NCBI GenBank assembly: GCA_040904505.1 | Contig: JBBDTH010000024.1 | Location: forward strand, 1-53,382 | Origin: Rhodospirillales bacterium | Lineage (GTDB): Bacteria > Pseudomonadota > Alphaproteobacteria > Rhodospirillales > CALINB01 | Direction of reading: 5' to 3' | Length of the DNA: 53,382 bases | The notes under the pieces: generated by a model | Databases searched by the model: none | What the model was told of the DNA's origin: nothing | The model's input: the letters and a program-made list of their open reading frames with translations, nothing else | Made by a program: the position numbers and the translations under genes | In this document: piece by piece, positions 1 to 8,534 of the stretch | Layout: each line of letters begins with the position of its first letter | Numbering within the stretch: the first letter of the stretch is position 1

Positions 1-1
1 C

Positions 2-469
2 GGCGTTTCCTGGCGCAGCGGCAACGAGGAACTCGGCGCGGCCCGCACCGCCGGGCTGGATCTGTGGCGACCGGTCCTCGCAACGCCCGGATGCGCCTTT
101 ATCAACCTGCAATACGGCGACGTCAAAGCGGAGCTCGACGATTTCGCCGGGCGCCGCGGCATCGATATATTGTTCGACGATTCGGCGAATCCGCTCAAGG
201 ACATGGACACCTTCGCCGCCCAAATCGCGGCCTTGGATTTGGTGATTTCGATCGACAATTCGACGGTTCATCTCTCGGGGGCCTTGGGCGTGCCGACCTG
301 GACGTTGCTGCCGACGGCGCCCGATTGGCGCTGGATGCTGGAACGCGAGGACTCACCCTGGTATCCTGCCATGCGTTTGTTCCGTCAACGCGCCGCCGGA
401 AACTGGACGGACGTATTTACCCGCGTCGCCGACTCCTTGGGGGCGTTCACATCAAACACGGATCGATAA
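2..469 (+). CDS. C-terminal part of a TPR/glycosyltransferase family 9-like protein (5' end truncated by the window edge)
   Basis: Frame 2 is open from base 2: GVSWRSGN...FINLQYG...ALDLVISIDNSTVHLSGALGVPTWTLLPTAPDWRW...SPWYPAMRLFRQ, the typical C-terminus of TPR-GT9 proteins. Confidence 0.85.
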   Translation, partial: GVSWRSGNEELGAARTAGLDLWRPVLATPGCAFINLQYGDVKAELDDFAGRRGIDILFDDSANPLKDMDTFAAQIAALDLVISIDNSTVHLSGALGVPTWTLLPTAPDWRWMLEREDSPWYPAMRLFRQRAAGNWTDVFTRVADSLGAFTSNTDR

Positions 470-500
470 CGGGGCGACACCCGAAGGAGTTTTATCAACG

Positions 501-1382
501 ATGGGTTATGGCGACGACATCATGGCAACGGGCGATGCGAAAACGGCCCGTGCGGAGCATCCGAACGCAAAGGTCGTGTTTGCCGATCCGGACAATCCTT
601 TTCACAACGAAAAAGGCAAGGCCCGGCTCCATTGGTCGATCGTTTACGAGAACAACCCGAATATTCTGCAACCCGGCGAAGACGCGGAAGACCTCCTCGT
701 CATTCCGATTTTTCCCGGCAGCCGCCCGTATATCAATTACGAGAAAAGCAGATATGCGACCCTCGGGGACAGCTCCGACAAAATCCCCATCAAGATCGCC
801 TACAATCGCGACTTCCAAGCGCCGCGCGGAGAGCTTTATTTCACCGCCGATGAAATCGCCAAAGCCGAAGAAGCCGTTGCGGGCCTGAAACCGCCGATTG
901 CCGTCATCGAGCCTCTGACCAAAGGGGCAAACAACAAAGCCTGGATTTGGGAGCGATGGCAGGAAGTCGTCGAACAATCGGATTGCACGTTCGTCCAATT
1001 AGGGGCCGACGACGACATTCCTTGGCTCGACGGCGTGCAGAAGATCGTCACGCCGTCGTTCCGGGAAGCCTGCGCCATTCTGGCCGTTTGCAAAAATACC
1101 GGGTTTTTCCTGGGCACTGACGGCGGATTGCATCACGCCGCCGCCGCCATCGGTTTGCCCGCCATCGTGCTGTGGTCGCATTACAGCCATCCGGACAATC
1201 TGGGTTACGAGGATCATGTCAACATCCGCTGGGACGCCGCCGGCTCCCCGTGCGGGCTGCGCGAACCCTGCATCCAATGCCAAAGATCGATGGAAATGAT
1301 CAAGGTCAACGACGTTCTGGTCGCCATCGGTATCGTCAAGGGAAACAATCTGAAAGGAAGCGCGCGGCAAACATCGGCATGA
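501..1382 (+). CDS. Glycosyltransferase family 9-like protein (heptosyltransferase-like GT-B fold)
   Basis: RBS AAGGAG; N-terminal GYGDDIM; NKAWIWERWQEVV; FLGTDGGLHHAAAAIGLPAIVLW; C-terminal Cys cluster PCGLREPCIQC. Confidence 0.8.
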   Translation: MGYGDDIMATGDAKTARAEHPNAKVVFADPDNPFHNEKGKARLHWSIVYENNPNILQPGEDAEDLLVIPIFPGSRPYINYEKSRYATLGDSSDKIPIKIAYNRDFQAPRGELYFTADEIAKAEEAVAGLKPPIAVIEPLTKGANNKAWIWERWQEVVEQSDCTFVQLGADDDIPWLDGVQKIVTPSFREACAILAVCKNTGFFLGTDGGLHHAAAAIGLPAIVLWSHYSHPDNLGYEDHVNIRWDAAGSPCGLREPCIQCQRSMEMIKVNDVLVAIGIVKGNNLKGSARQTSA

Positions 1383-1417
1383 TTTGAGCGCGCACATCCG
1401 AACAAGGAAACGAGACC

Positions 1418-2149
1418 ATGGCCCCTCTTCGCATCATGATCGGTTTCGACGAACGCCAAATACCGGCGTCCTCGGCCCTGGTTCAAAGCATCGTCAACAC
1501 CTGCTCCAAGCCGGTCGCGATCACGCCGCTCGTGATCTCGGCGTTGCCGCTGAGACGAATCGGTCTCACGCCGTTCACCTTTAGCCGTTTCCTGACGCCT
1601 TGGCTGTGCGATTACGACGGCTGGGCCTTGTTCATGGATAACGACATGCTGGTGCTCGGCGATCTCGCCGAGTTGTTCGGGTATGCCGACGACCGCTATG
1701 CGATCATGGTCAACAAGCAGATCGATCCCTTCGAATGGACGAGTCTCGCCTTATTTAACTGCGGCCATCCGGCCAATCGCGTCTTGACCCCCGAGTACGT
1801 CGGCGATCCGGACCTATGCCAAAAACCGCATTCCCTCGAATGGCTCGGCGATCAAAAGGATGCGCTGACGGGCTCGTTCCCGCCGGAATGGAACCACACC
1901 ATCGGCTACGACGCGCCGCGCCCGGACGCAAAACTCGTTCACTATACGATGGGCATTCCCGCACATCCCGAAACCGACGGCTGCGAGTATTCCGAGAACT
2001 GGCACAAGGTGTTCGACCAGACGATGGCCTTGCTGAATTGGGAAGGCATGATGGGAAACTCCGTACACGCCGCCAGGCTGCCGGACGGCCGCGTGGTGGC
2101 GAAACTGCATCCGGACGCGCAAAAGCTCGCGGCAACCAAACCCCGCTGA
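1418..2149 (+). CDS. Nucleotide-diphospho-sugar transferase (GT8-like, plant CDI-like family)
   Basis: IGFDERQ, TPFTFSRFLTPWLCDYDGWALFMDNDML (DxD motif), EWNH, LVHYTMGIP. Confidence 0.8.
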   Translation: MAPLRIMIGFDERQIPASSALVQSIVNTCSKPVAITPLVISALPLRRIGLTPFTFSRFLTPWLCDYDGWALFMDNDMLVLGDLAELFGYADDRYAIMVNKQIDPFEWTSLALFNCGHPANRVLTPEYVGDPDLCQKPHSLEWLGDQKDALTGSFPPEWNHTIGYDAPRPDAKLVHYTMGIPAHPETDGCEYSENWHKVFDQTMALLNWEGMMGNSVHAARLPDGRVVAKLHPDAQKLAATKPR

Positions 2150-2205
2150 CCCGCCGCCTTTCCTTTCCTGGCGCCTTCGATACCGTTCCGTGATATTGAA
2201 TCGCG

Positions 2206-2814
2206 ATGGGAGACGCTTGCCTGCATGTTCGCGGCCTCAAACGGCTGCATCTGGGTCCGCTCGACATCGATCTTGCCGCCGGCGAGATCGTTTGTCTGCG
2301 CGGCGAGTCGGGCGCGGGCAAAACCGTTCTGATGCGCGCCATCGCCGATCTCGATCCCAACGAAGGCACGCTCCAGCTCGAAACTCAGCCGCGCGAAACG
2401 ATAGCGCCGCCTTTATGGCGCAGACGCGTTTGCTACCTGCCGGCGGACTCGGGATGGTGGGCGGAAACCGTCGGCGAGCATTTCCCGGACAATGACCAAA
2501 CAGCGCCGCTGCTGAAGCGCCTGCGGTTGCCGCACGATGTTCTAGGCTGGCCGGTCCGGCGCCTCTCGACCGGCGAAAAGCAGCGCCTGGCGCTGGCCCG
2601 GGTTCTGCTGCTCGCGCCGACGGTGATGCTGCTCGACGAGCCGACCTCGGGACTCGACTCGACCGCCACCGAGGCCGCCGAAACCGAAATCCGCAAGCAT
2701 GCCGAAAACGGCGGCGCCGTTCTGTTCGTCAGCCATGACGATGCCCAGGCCCGCCGCTTGACGCGGCGCATCTTGACGCTAACGGACGGCCGGCTCTGCG
2801 AGTCCGCGCCATGA
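2206..2814 (+). CDS. fetA: ABC transporter ATP-binding protein, FetA/YbbL-like
   Basis: Walker A GESGAGKT, signature LSTGEKQR, Walker B LLDEPT, VSHD; overlaps the downstream permease (ATGA). Confidence 0.8.
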   Translation: MGDACLHVRGLKRLHLGPLDIDLAAGEIVCLRGESGAGKTVLMRAIADLDPNEGTLQLETQPRETIAPPLWRRRVCYLPADSGWWAETVGEHFPDNDQTAPLLKRLRLPHDVLGWPVRRLSTGEKQRLALARVLLLAPTVMLLDEPTSGLDSTATEAAETEIRKHAENGGAVLFVSHDDAQARRLTRRILTLTDGRLCESAP

Positions 2815-3617
2815 ATTTTATCGAACTCGGATATCTCGATCTGGCCCTCGCCGCGAGCCTCATTCTGCTCAATGCGGTCTTGTCTCTCGTCTTGGGCCTG
2901 AAACTCGAAAAGCGTCTGTTGATCGCCGCGTTTCGTACCGTCGTGCAGCTCACCTTGATGGGCCTCGTCTTGAAAACGCTGTTTGCGTTGACGTCGCTTT
3001 TTTGGACGCTAGTCGCGGCCGTCGTGATGATCCTGTTCGCCGGGTACGAAGCGTCGGCGCGCCTCAAGCAAACGTTTGCCGGGTTTTGGGCGTACGGCCT
3101 CGGCACCGGCAGCATGCTCGCCGCCGGCCTGATCGTGACCGCGTTCGCGTTGACGACCCAGATCAAACCCGATCCTTGGTACGATCCCCGGTATGCGCTG
3201 CCGCTGCTCGGCATGATCCTCGGCAATACCATGACCGGAATCAGCCTCGGCTTGAATTCCCTGCTTGGCAACGCCGTCCGGGAGCGCATCGCCATCGAGG
3301 CCCGCCTCGCCTTGGGCCACGACATCCGCGCGGCGCTCGGCGGCATTGTGCGCGAAGCCATGCGCACGGGGCTGATTCCCATTATCAACGCCATGGCCGC
3401 CGCCGGCGTGGTGTCGCTGCCCGGCATGATGACGGGCCAGATCCTCGCCGGCGTTCCGCCGGTCGAGGCCGTCAAATATCAAATCCTGATCATGTTTCTG
3501 ATTGCCGGCGGCACCGCGCTGGGTTTGTTATGCGCCGTTTACGGCAGTGCCTGGCGCCTGACCGATTCACGCCAACGGTTGCGGCTGGATCGCCTCTCGA
3601 CCGTTAAAGACGAGTAA
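2811..3617 (+). CDS. fetB: ABC transporter permease FetB/YbbM (UPF0014)
   Basis: RTVVQL, PRYALPLLGMILGNTM, GVVSLPGMMTGQILAG..PVEAVKYQI. Confidence 0.9.
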   Translation: MNFIELGYLDLALAASLILLNAVLSLVLGLKLEKRLLIAAFRTVVQLTLMGLVLKTLFALTSLFWTLVAAVVMILFAGYEASARLKQTFAGFWAYGLGTGSMLAAGLIVTAFALTTQIKPDPWYDPRYALPLLGMILGNTMTGISLGLNSLLGNAVRERIAIEARLALGHDIRAALGGIVREAMRTGLIPIINAMAAAGVVSLPGMMTGQILAGVPPVEAVKYQILIMFLIAGGTALGLLCAVYGSAWRLTDSRQRLRLDRLSTVKDE

Positions 3618-3639
3618 TATCAACACCAGGAAAGAAAAT

Positions 3640-4221
3640 ATGACCGAACATCTTCCGTTTTTCTCTTCGCGTTTTCTATTCGTGCGTCACGGCGAAAGCG
3701 ATGCCAATAAAAAACACATATTCGCCGGTTCGCTCGACGTCGAACTCACGCAAAAAGGAATCGATCAGGCCAAGGAAGCCGCGCGGCATTTAGCCGGCGA
3801 ACCGATCGGTTCGGTTTTCGCGAGTCCGATGTCGCGAACGTGGAAAACCGCCGAGATCATCGCCGAGGCTCTCGGCGGATTAACCATCGAGCCCATTCAA
3901 GGCATAACCGAGCGCTGCTACGGCGACTGGGAAGGCTGCTCCAACGTCGGGATGGACCGCTCCCAAACGCCGCCGGGCGGCGAAAGCCCAACGGAATTCA
4001 ACGAACGCACCGTCTCGGCCCTAAAACAGGTGAGCGGTAAACCCACGATTCTCCTGATCGCACACTCCGGCACGTTCCGCGCGCTGCACGATTTCCTGCT
4101 CGGCCATGCGGTCTACGATTCCGTGAAAAACGGCCGACCCATCGCGTTTTTACCGCCCGAAACAGCCGACGATCCCTGGCGGTTTCAAATAATGGGTTTA
4201 CAGGAAAAAGATTCGCTGTAA
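3640..4221 (+). CDS. Histidine phosphatase (phosphoglycerate mutase-like) family protein
   Basis: RHGE motif, SPMSR, ERCYGDWEG, PPGGES, AHSG. Confidence 0.9.
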   Translation: MTEHLPFFSSRFLFVRHGESDANKKHIFAGSLDVELTQKGIDQAKEAARHLAGEPIGSVFASPMSRTWKTAEIIAEALGGLTIEPIQGITERCYGDWEGCSNVGMDRSQTPPGGESPTEFNERTVSALKQVSGKPTILLIAHSGTFRALHDFLLGHAVYDSVKNGRPIAFLPPETADDPWRFQIMGLQEKDSL

Positions 4222-4248
4222 TGTTATCGTAACAAAACCGTAACAATT
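4216..4248 (+). promoter_or_regulatory. Pho-box-like triple direct repeat upstream of DUF47-pit
   Basis: CTGTAAT-gtta-TCGTAAC-aaaa-CCGTAAC, heptamers at 4216, 4227 and 4238 (exact 11-bp period), followed by an AT-rich tract. Confidence 0.65.
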
Positions 4249-4293
4249 ATTAATAATTTGGCACTCATGACCTGACCCTGGAATACTTCGATC

Positions 4294-4956
4294 ATGGAAC
4301 TTCTCAAAAACGTCACGCTGTTTCGCCGCACCAAGGCTCTCGAAGCGCAAATCGACGAATTTCTCGATCTTGTCACCGAAGCCACCACGATTTTTCAACG
4401 CGCCGTCAAAGGCTATCTCGACGACGGCCCCGGCGAGGCGTTCGAGTCGGCGCTTCATCACATCACCGCCCTCGAAAGCCGGGCCGACGAACTCCGGCGT
4501 ACCATCGAAGCGGAACTCACCGAGCACACGCTCATCCCCGATTTGCGCGGCGACGTGCTTAGCCTGCTCGAAGACATGGACCACCTGATCAATCTCTGCC
4601 AGGGCAACGCCTACCGGTTCTCGATCGAAACGCCGGAATTTCCAGAGGAATTTCACAAGGACTTCCGCGATCTTCTGGAAACCGCCGGCACGTGCGTCGA
4701 AACCGTGGTCTTCGCCGCCCGCGCGTTCTTCCGCAACATCCATGCGGTCCGCGATCACACCCACAAGGTGATTTTTCTCGAAACCGAAACCGATAAGATC
4801 AGCACCAAATTGAAGCGGGCGATTTTCGCCTCGGATATGCCCAAGGTCGAAAAAATTCACCTGCGCTACTTCGTCAACAAAATCGATAACTTCGCGAACG
4901 AAGCCGAAGATATCGCCGACGATTTGAACATCACCGCCATCAAACGAACGATATAG
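4294..4956 (+). CDS. DUF47 family PhoU-like phosphate transport regulator (Pit accessory protein)
   Basis: ESRADELRR, PDLRGD, LETETD, ANEAED motifs; lies directly upstream of pit. Confidence 0.9.
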   Translation: MELLKNVTLFRRTKALEAQIDEFLDLVTEATTIFQRAVKGYLDDGPGEAFESALHHITALESRADELRRTIEAELTEHTLIPDLRGDVLSLLEDMDHLINLCQGNAYRFSIETPEFPEEFHKDFRDLLETAGTCVETVVFAARAFFRNIHAVRDHTHKVIFLETETDKISTKLKRAIFASDMPKVEKIHLRYFVNKIDNFANEAEDIADDLNITAIKRTI

Positions 4957-4974
4957 GCCGGGGGAAACCGGCGT

Positions 4975-6024
4975 ATGGAAGCGGCAATCATCTTTTTTCT
5001 GTCCAGCGGCTTGTTTCTGGGCTGGGCGCTGGGGGGCAATCACCTCGGCAACATCTTCGGCACGGCCATCGGCACCCAGATGGTCAGCTGGCGCACCGCC
5101 GCCGTGCTCGGCAGCGTGTTCGTAATTCTCGGCGCCGTCATCAGCGGTGCCGGCCCCACCGAAACGCTCGGCAAGCTCGGCGCCATCAACACGCTGGGCG
5201 GCTCCTTCATGGCCGCGCTCGCGGCCGGCGTGACGGTCTATTGGATGACGAAACTCGGACTGCCGGTTTCGACCACGCAGGCCATCGTCGGCGCCATTCT
5301 GGGATGGAACCTCTTCACCGGAACGCAAACCGATCTGACGACGCTGCGCCACATCCTCACGGGCTGGATCGCCGGGCCGATCCTCGCGGCGGTATTCGCG
5401 ATTCTTCTGTATCTGCTGGTCGTCGCGATTCTGCGCCGGGCGAAGCTGCATCTCTTGCGCTCCGACGCCTATACCCGCTTGGGATTGATCATCGCCGGCA
5501 TCGTCGGCGGCTACAGCCTCGGCGCCAACAATATCGCCAATGTCATGGGCGTTTTCGTCACCTCCGTGCCCCTCTCCGATCTTTCGCTCGGCGGGTTCGT
5601 GACCCTGAACGGCAAACAACAGCTCTTCCTGCTGGGCGGCGTCGCCATTGCCGTCGGCATCTTCACCTATTCCCACAAAGTGGTCGAAACGCTCGGATCG
5701 GGTCTTTTATCCATGTCGCCGGTGGCCGCCTGGGTCGTCGTGATGGCGCATTCTCTGGTTCTGTTCATGTTCGCTTCCGAACGGTTGCGGGACTTTCTGC
5801 TCGCCCATGGCCTGCCGACCCTGCCCCTCGTGCCGATCTCGAGCGCGGAAGCGATCGTCGGCGCCGTGCTCGGCATCGGCCTCTTGCAAGGCGGACGCGG
5901 GGTGCGTTGGCACGTCCTCGGTCATATCAGTCTGGGATGGCTGCTGACGCCGATTGCTTCGGGCATTATCAGTTTCATCGGTCTTTTCTTCATGCAGAAC
6001 GTGTTCGATCAGACCGTCCACTGA
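4975..6024 (+). CDS. pit: Inorganic phosphate transporter, PiT family
   Basis: GGNHLGNIFGTAIG, GLPVSTTQAIVGA, GANNIANVMG, PISSAEAIVG; multiple hydrophobic helices. Confidence 0.9.
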   Translation: MEAAIIFFLSSGLFLGWALGGNHLGNIFGTAIGTQMVSWRTAAVLGSVFVILGAVISGAGPTETLGKLGAINTLGGSFMAALAAGVTVYWMTKLGLPVSTTQAIVGAILGWNLFTGTQTDLTTLRHILTGWIAGPILAAVFAILLYLLVVAILRRAKLHLLRSDAYTRLGLIIAGIVGGYSLGANNIANVMGVFVTSVPLSDLSLGGFVTLNGKQQLFLLGGVAIAVGIFTYSHKVVETLGSGLLSMSPVAAWVVVMAHSLVLFMFASERLRDFLLAHGLPTLPLVPISSAEAIVGAVLGIGLLQGGRGVRWHVLGHISLGWLLTPIASGIISFIGLFFMQNVFDQTVH

Positions 6025-6068
6025 ACGGTCTTTCGATGCCGACCATAGGGCAGATCATGATGTATCCG

Positions 6069-6149
6069 TGTGGATAAGTTACCGCGGCGCAAGACTCGTC
6101 GATTGCAAATCCCGGAAAACACGAAGAAAATAAAAGCGAGTTATCCACA
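6069..6149. promoter_or_regulatory. Pair of perfect DnaA boxes in opposite orientation
   Basis: TGTGGATAA at 6069-6077 and TTATCCACA at 6141-6149 in the pit-TRAP intergenic region. Confidence 0.6.
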
Positions 6150-6258
6150 AGCCGAAACGCGCTTGTCGCTCACCCGAACCCTGGGGTAGCGTACGGGCCA
6201 CATTCGGCTCCAGCGGCGTCAAGACCGTGCCATCGGGGAACCAGAACCAGGGCATGCC

Positions 6259-7434
6259 ATGCGCAATACAGTCATCGGCCTTGTCATCGGCGTGGTTGTC
6301 GGCATTGTTTTCGGGACCACGATTATCGCACCGCGGCTTGCTTCCGATTCACCGTCGGCCCGCCTGAAACAGCTGCATGCGCTAACGGATTTGCCGAACC
6401 CTCAAAAAATCGAGAAACCGAAACAAGCACAACCCATCGGCCCCCTGGTACCGAAACAGTCTTCGGCGCCCGTGATTCGATGGAAAATGGCAAGCGCCTA
6501 CAGCAGCAGCCTGCCGCAACTCGGGTCTCTGGGAAAACGCCTGGAGAAACGGTTGTGGCTCGTTTCGGGCGGCCGGATCGAGATTAAATTCTACGAACCG
6601 GGGTCCCTGGTTCCGCCGCTCGAGATGTTCGACGCCGTGGCCGCCGGCGCCATCGACGCCGCCTTCTCGACGCCCAGCTACTGGGAAAAGCGAATCCCCG
6701 CGCTTCAGCTGTTTTCCGCCGTCCCGTTCGGACCGTCGGCCAGCGAATACCTGGCCTGGATCGACTTCGGCGGCGGTAAAAAGATGTTCGAAACATTATA
6801 CGCCAAGCACGGCATTCACAGCATTCACTGCGGCATCGCCGCGCCGGAAGGGTCGGGCTGGTTTCGCAAGCCGGTGAGCTCGCTTGAAGAACTTAAAGGC
6901 ATGAAGATGCGCTTTACCGGGCTGGGCGCCAAAGTGATGCAGAAACTCGGCGTCGCGACGCAGGAATTGACCGAAGGCGATATTTTCGTCGCTCTCGAAT
7001 CCGGCGTCATCGACGGCGTTCAGTATTCCATGCCGTCCATCGACGCCAAGCTCGGCTTTCATGAAATGATCAAGCACTACTATCTGCCGGGATGGCACCA
7101 GCCCACCAAACTGATCGAACTGATGATCAACGCGGACCGCTGGAAAGGGCTGACGAAAACCGCAAAGGCGCAAATCGAAACGGTCTGCGGCGACAATATC
7201 CGCTACGGGCTTTCCGCCGGCGAAGCCAAACAGTTCAACGCGCTCAAAACGCTTCATGCGAAGGGCGTGGAGATTCACCAGTGGTCGCCGGAAATCATGA
7301 CTGCCCTGAAGGAATCCTGGCAAAAGGTCGTCAACGAGGAATCGTCCGCGAACAAACAATTCAAGAAAGTCTGGCAATCCCTGCATTCGTTCCGCAAGGA
7401 CTACGCCATCTGGCGGGAACTCGGGCACCCGTAA
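6259..7434 (+). CDS. TRAP transporter substrate-binding protein (DctP, TakP-like) with N-terminal hydrophobic anchor
   Basis: WKMAS, SGGRIEIKFY..G.LVP.LEMFDAV, VPFGP, GWFRK, LKGMKMR..GLG, YYLPGWHQP. Confidence 0.9.
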   Translation: MRNTVIGLVIGVVVGIVFGTTIIAPRLASDSPSARLKQLHALTDLPNPQKIEKPKQAQPIGPLVPKQSSAPVIRWKMASAYSSSLPQLGSLGKRLEKRLWLVSGGRIEIKFYEPGSLVPPLEMFDAVAAGAIDAAFSTPSYWEKRIPALQLFSAVPFGPSASEYLAWIDFGGGKKMFETLYAKHGIHSIHCGIAAPEGSGWFRKPVSSLEELKGMKMRFTGLGAKVMQKLGVATQELTEGDIFVALESGVIDGVQYSMPSIDAKLGFHEMIKHYYLPGWHQPTKLIELMINADRWKGLTKTAKAQIETVCGDNIRYGLSAGEAKQFNALKTLHAKGVEIHQWSPEIMTALKESWQKVVNEESSANKQFKKVWQSLHSFRKDYAIWRELGHP

Positions 7435-7556
7435 TCCCTTGCGGGGGGCCGAACCGGGGTGCTAGAGCAGATCATGGTTATGGGGCGACACCAAGTCTCA
7501 TGACATTGTCGCGGTGCCGCCCGCGGCCCGTTCATCGCCAGGAGAACCAATCCATC

Positions 7557-7967
7557 ATGAAACCCAGCGTCGCATCCTTGCTCCTCGCCGGTATGCTCCC
7601 CGGGGCGTTTATCGGGGCGTTTATCGGCACGCTCACCCCGGGCCCGGCCCACGCCGGCGATGCCGCGAAAGGCAAAGTCGTCTTCAATAAATGCAAGGCC
7701 TGTCACGATATCCGGCCGGGGAAAAACCGGGTCGGCCCGTCCCTGCACGGGGTGTTCGGCCGCAAAGCGGGCACCGCGCCGAAATACAGCTATCTCGGCC
7801 TCAAGGGCGCCGATTTCGTGTGGGACGAGCCCCTTTTGATGGAATATCTGCAAGACCCCAAGGCGTTCGTCAAAAAGCGCGGCCAAAGCCGCACGAAAAT
7901 GATATTCAAGCTTCCCGACAAACGGCAACGCGAAGATGTCATCGCCTACCTCAAAACCCTGAAATAA
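7557..7967 (+). CDS. Cytochrome c2 / class I c-type cytochrome
   Basis: RBS AGGAG, signal peptide ending [13 protein letters not shown], heme motif [22 protein letters not shown] axial Met. Start reassigned from 7092 to ATG 7557. Confidence 0.92.
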   Translation: MKPSVASLLLAGMLPGAFIGAFIGTLTPGPAHAGDAAKGKVVFNKCKACHDIRPGKNRVGPSLHGVFGRKAGTAPKYSYLGLKGADFVWDEPLLMEYLQDPKAFVKKRGQSRTKMIFKLPDKRQREDVIAYLKTLK

Positions 7968-7989
7968 CGGCCGGCAGGGGGAACCGCCC

Positions 7990-8505
7990 ATGAATCTCAA
8001 GGATCATATCCGTTCGATTCCGGATTTTCCGAAACCGGGAATCCTTTTTTACGATATTTCGACCCTGCTATCCCACGCGGACGCTTGGCAGGTGCTGTCG
8101 GGCCGCATGGCGAAGATGATCGGCGCTTACCAACCGGATGTTCTGGCGGGAATCGAATCGCGCGGGTTTTTGGTCGCCGCGCCGTTGGCGCTCAAGCTCG
8201 GCCTCGGGTTCGTCATGATCCGCAAGAAAGGCAAGCTGCCGGGCAAGACTGTCGGCTATACCTACGATCTCGAATACGGCACCGATACGATCGAAATTCA
8301 GGAAGATGCCGTAAAGCCCGGCCAACGGGTGGTGATTTTGGACGACCTGATGGCGACGGGCGGCACCATGGCGGCGGCGACCGATCTCTTTCGCAAGGTC
8401 GGCGCGGACGTGGCGGCGGCGGCCTGCATCATCGAGCTGACCTTCCTCAAGGGCCGCGACAAGCTCGACGTGCCGTTCGAGGCGCTGGTCGCGTACGACG
8501 AATAA
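7990..8505 (+). CDS. apt: Adenine phosphoribosyltransferase
   Basis: [48 protein letters not shown]. Confidence 0.97.
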   Translation: MNLKDHIRSIPDFPKPGILFYDISTLLSHADAWQVLSGRMAKMIGAYQPDVLAGIESRGFLVAAPLALKLGLGFVMIRKKGKLPGKTVGYTYDLEYGTDTIEIQEDAVKPGQRVVILDDLMATGGTMAAATDLFRKVGADVAAAACIIELTFLKGRDKLDVPFEALVAYDE

Positions 8506-8534
8506 AAGACGTATTAACCGGCCGCGCGGCACCC

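Noticed and set aside
64-888. 274-aa ORF and similar Arg-rich alternate-frame ORFs
   Set aside because: It overlaps well-supported genes in other frames and has a composition typical of GC-rich shadow ORFs.
4198-5676. 492-aa antisense ORF
   Set aside because: Mirror of DUF47-pit, with no motifs.
6025-6258. Chromosomal origin oriC
   Set aside because: Only two clear DnaA boxes, no extended AT-rich unwinding element and no typical origin-linked genes. Kept only as a DnaA-box finding.
471-7492. GGGGCGACACC shared by two intergenic regions (471-481 and 7482-7492)
   Set aside because: An 11-bp GC-rich match, plausible by chance.
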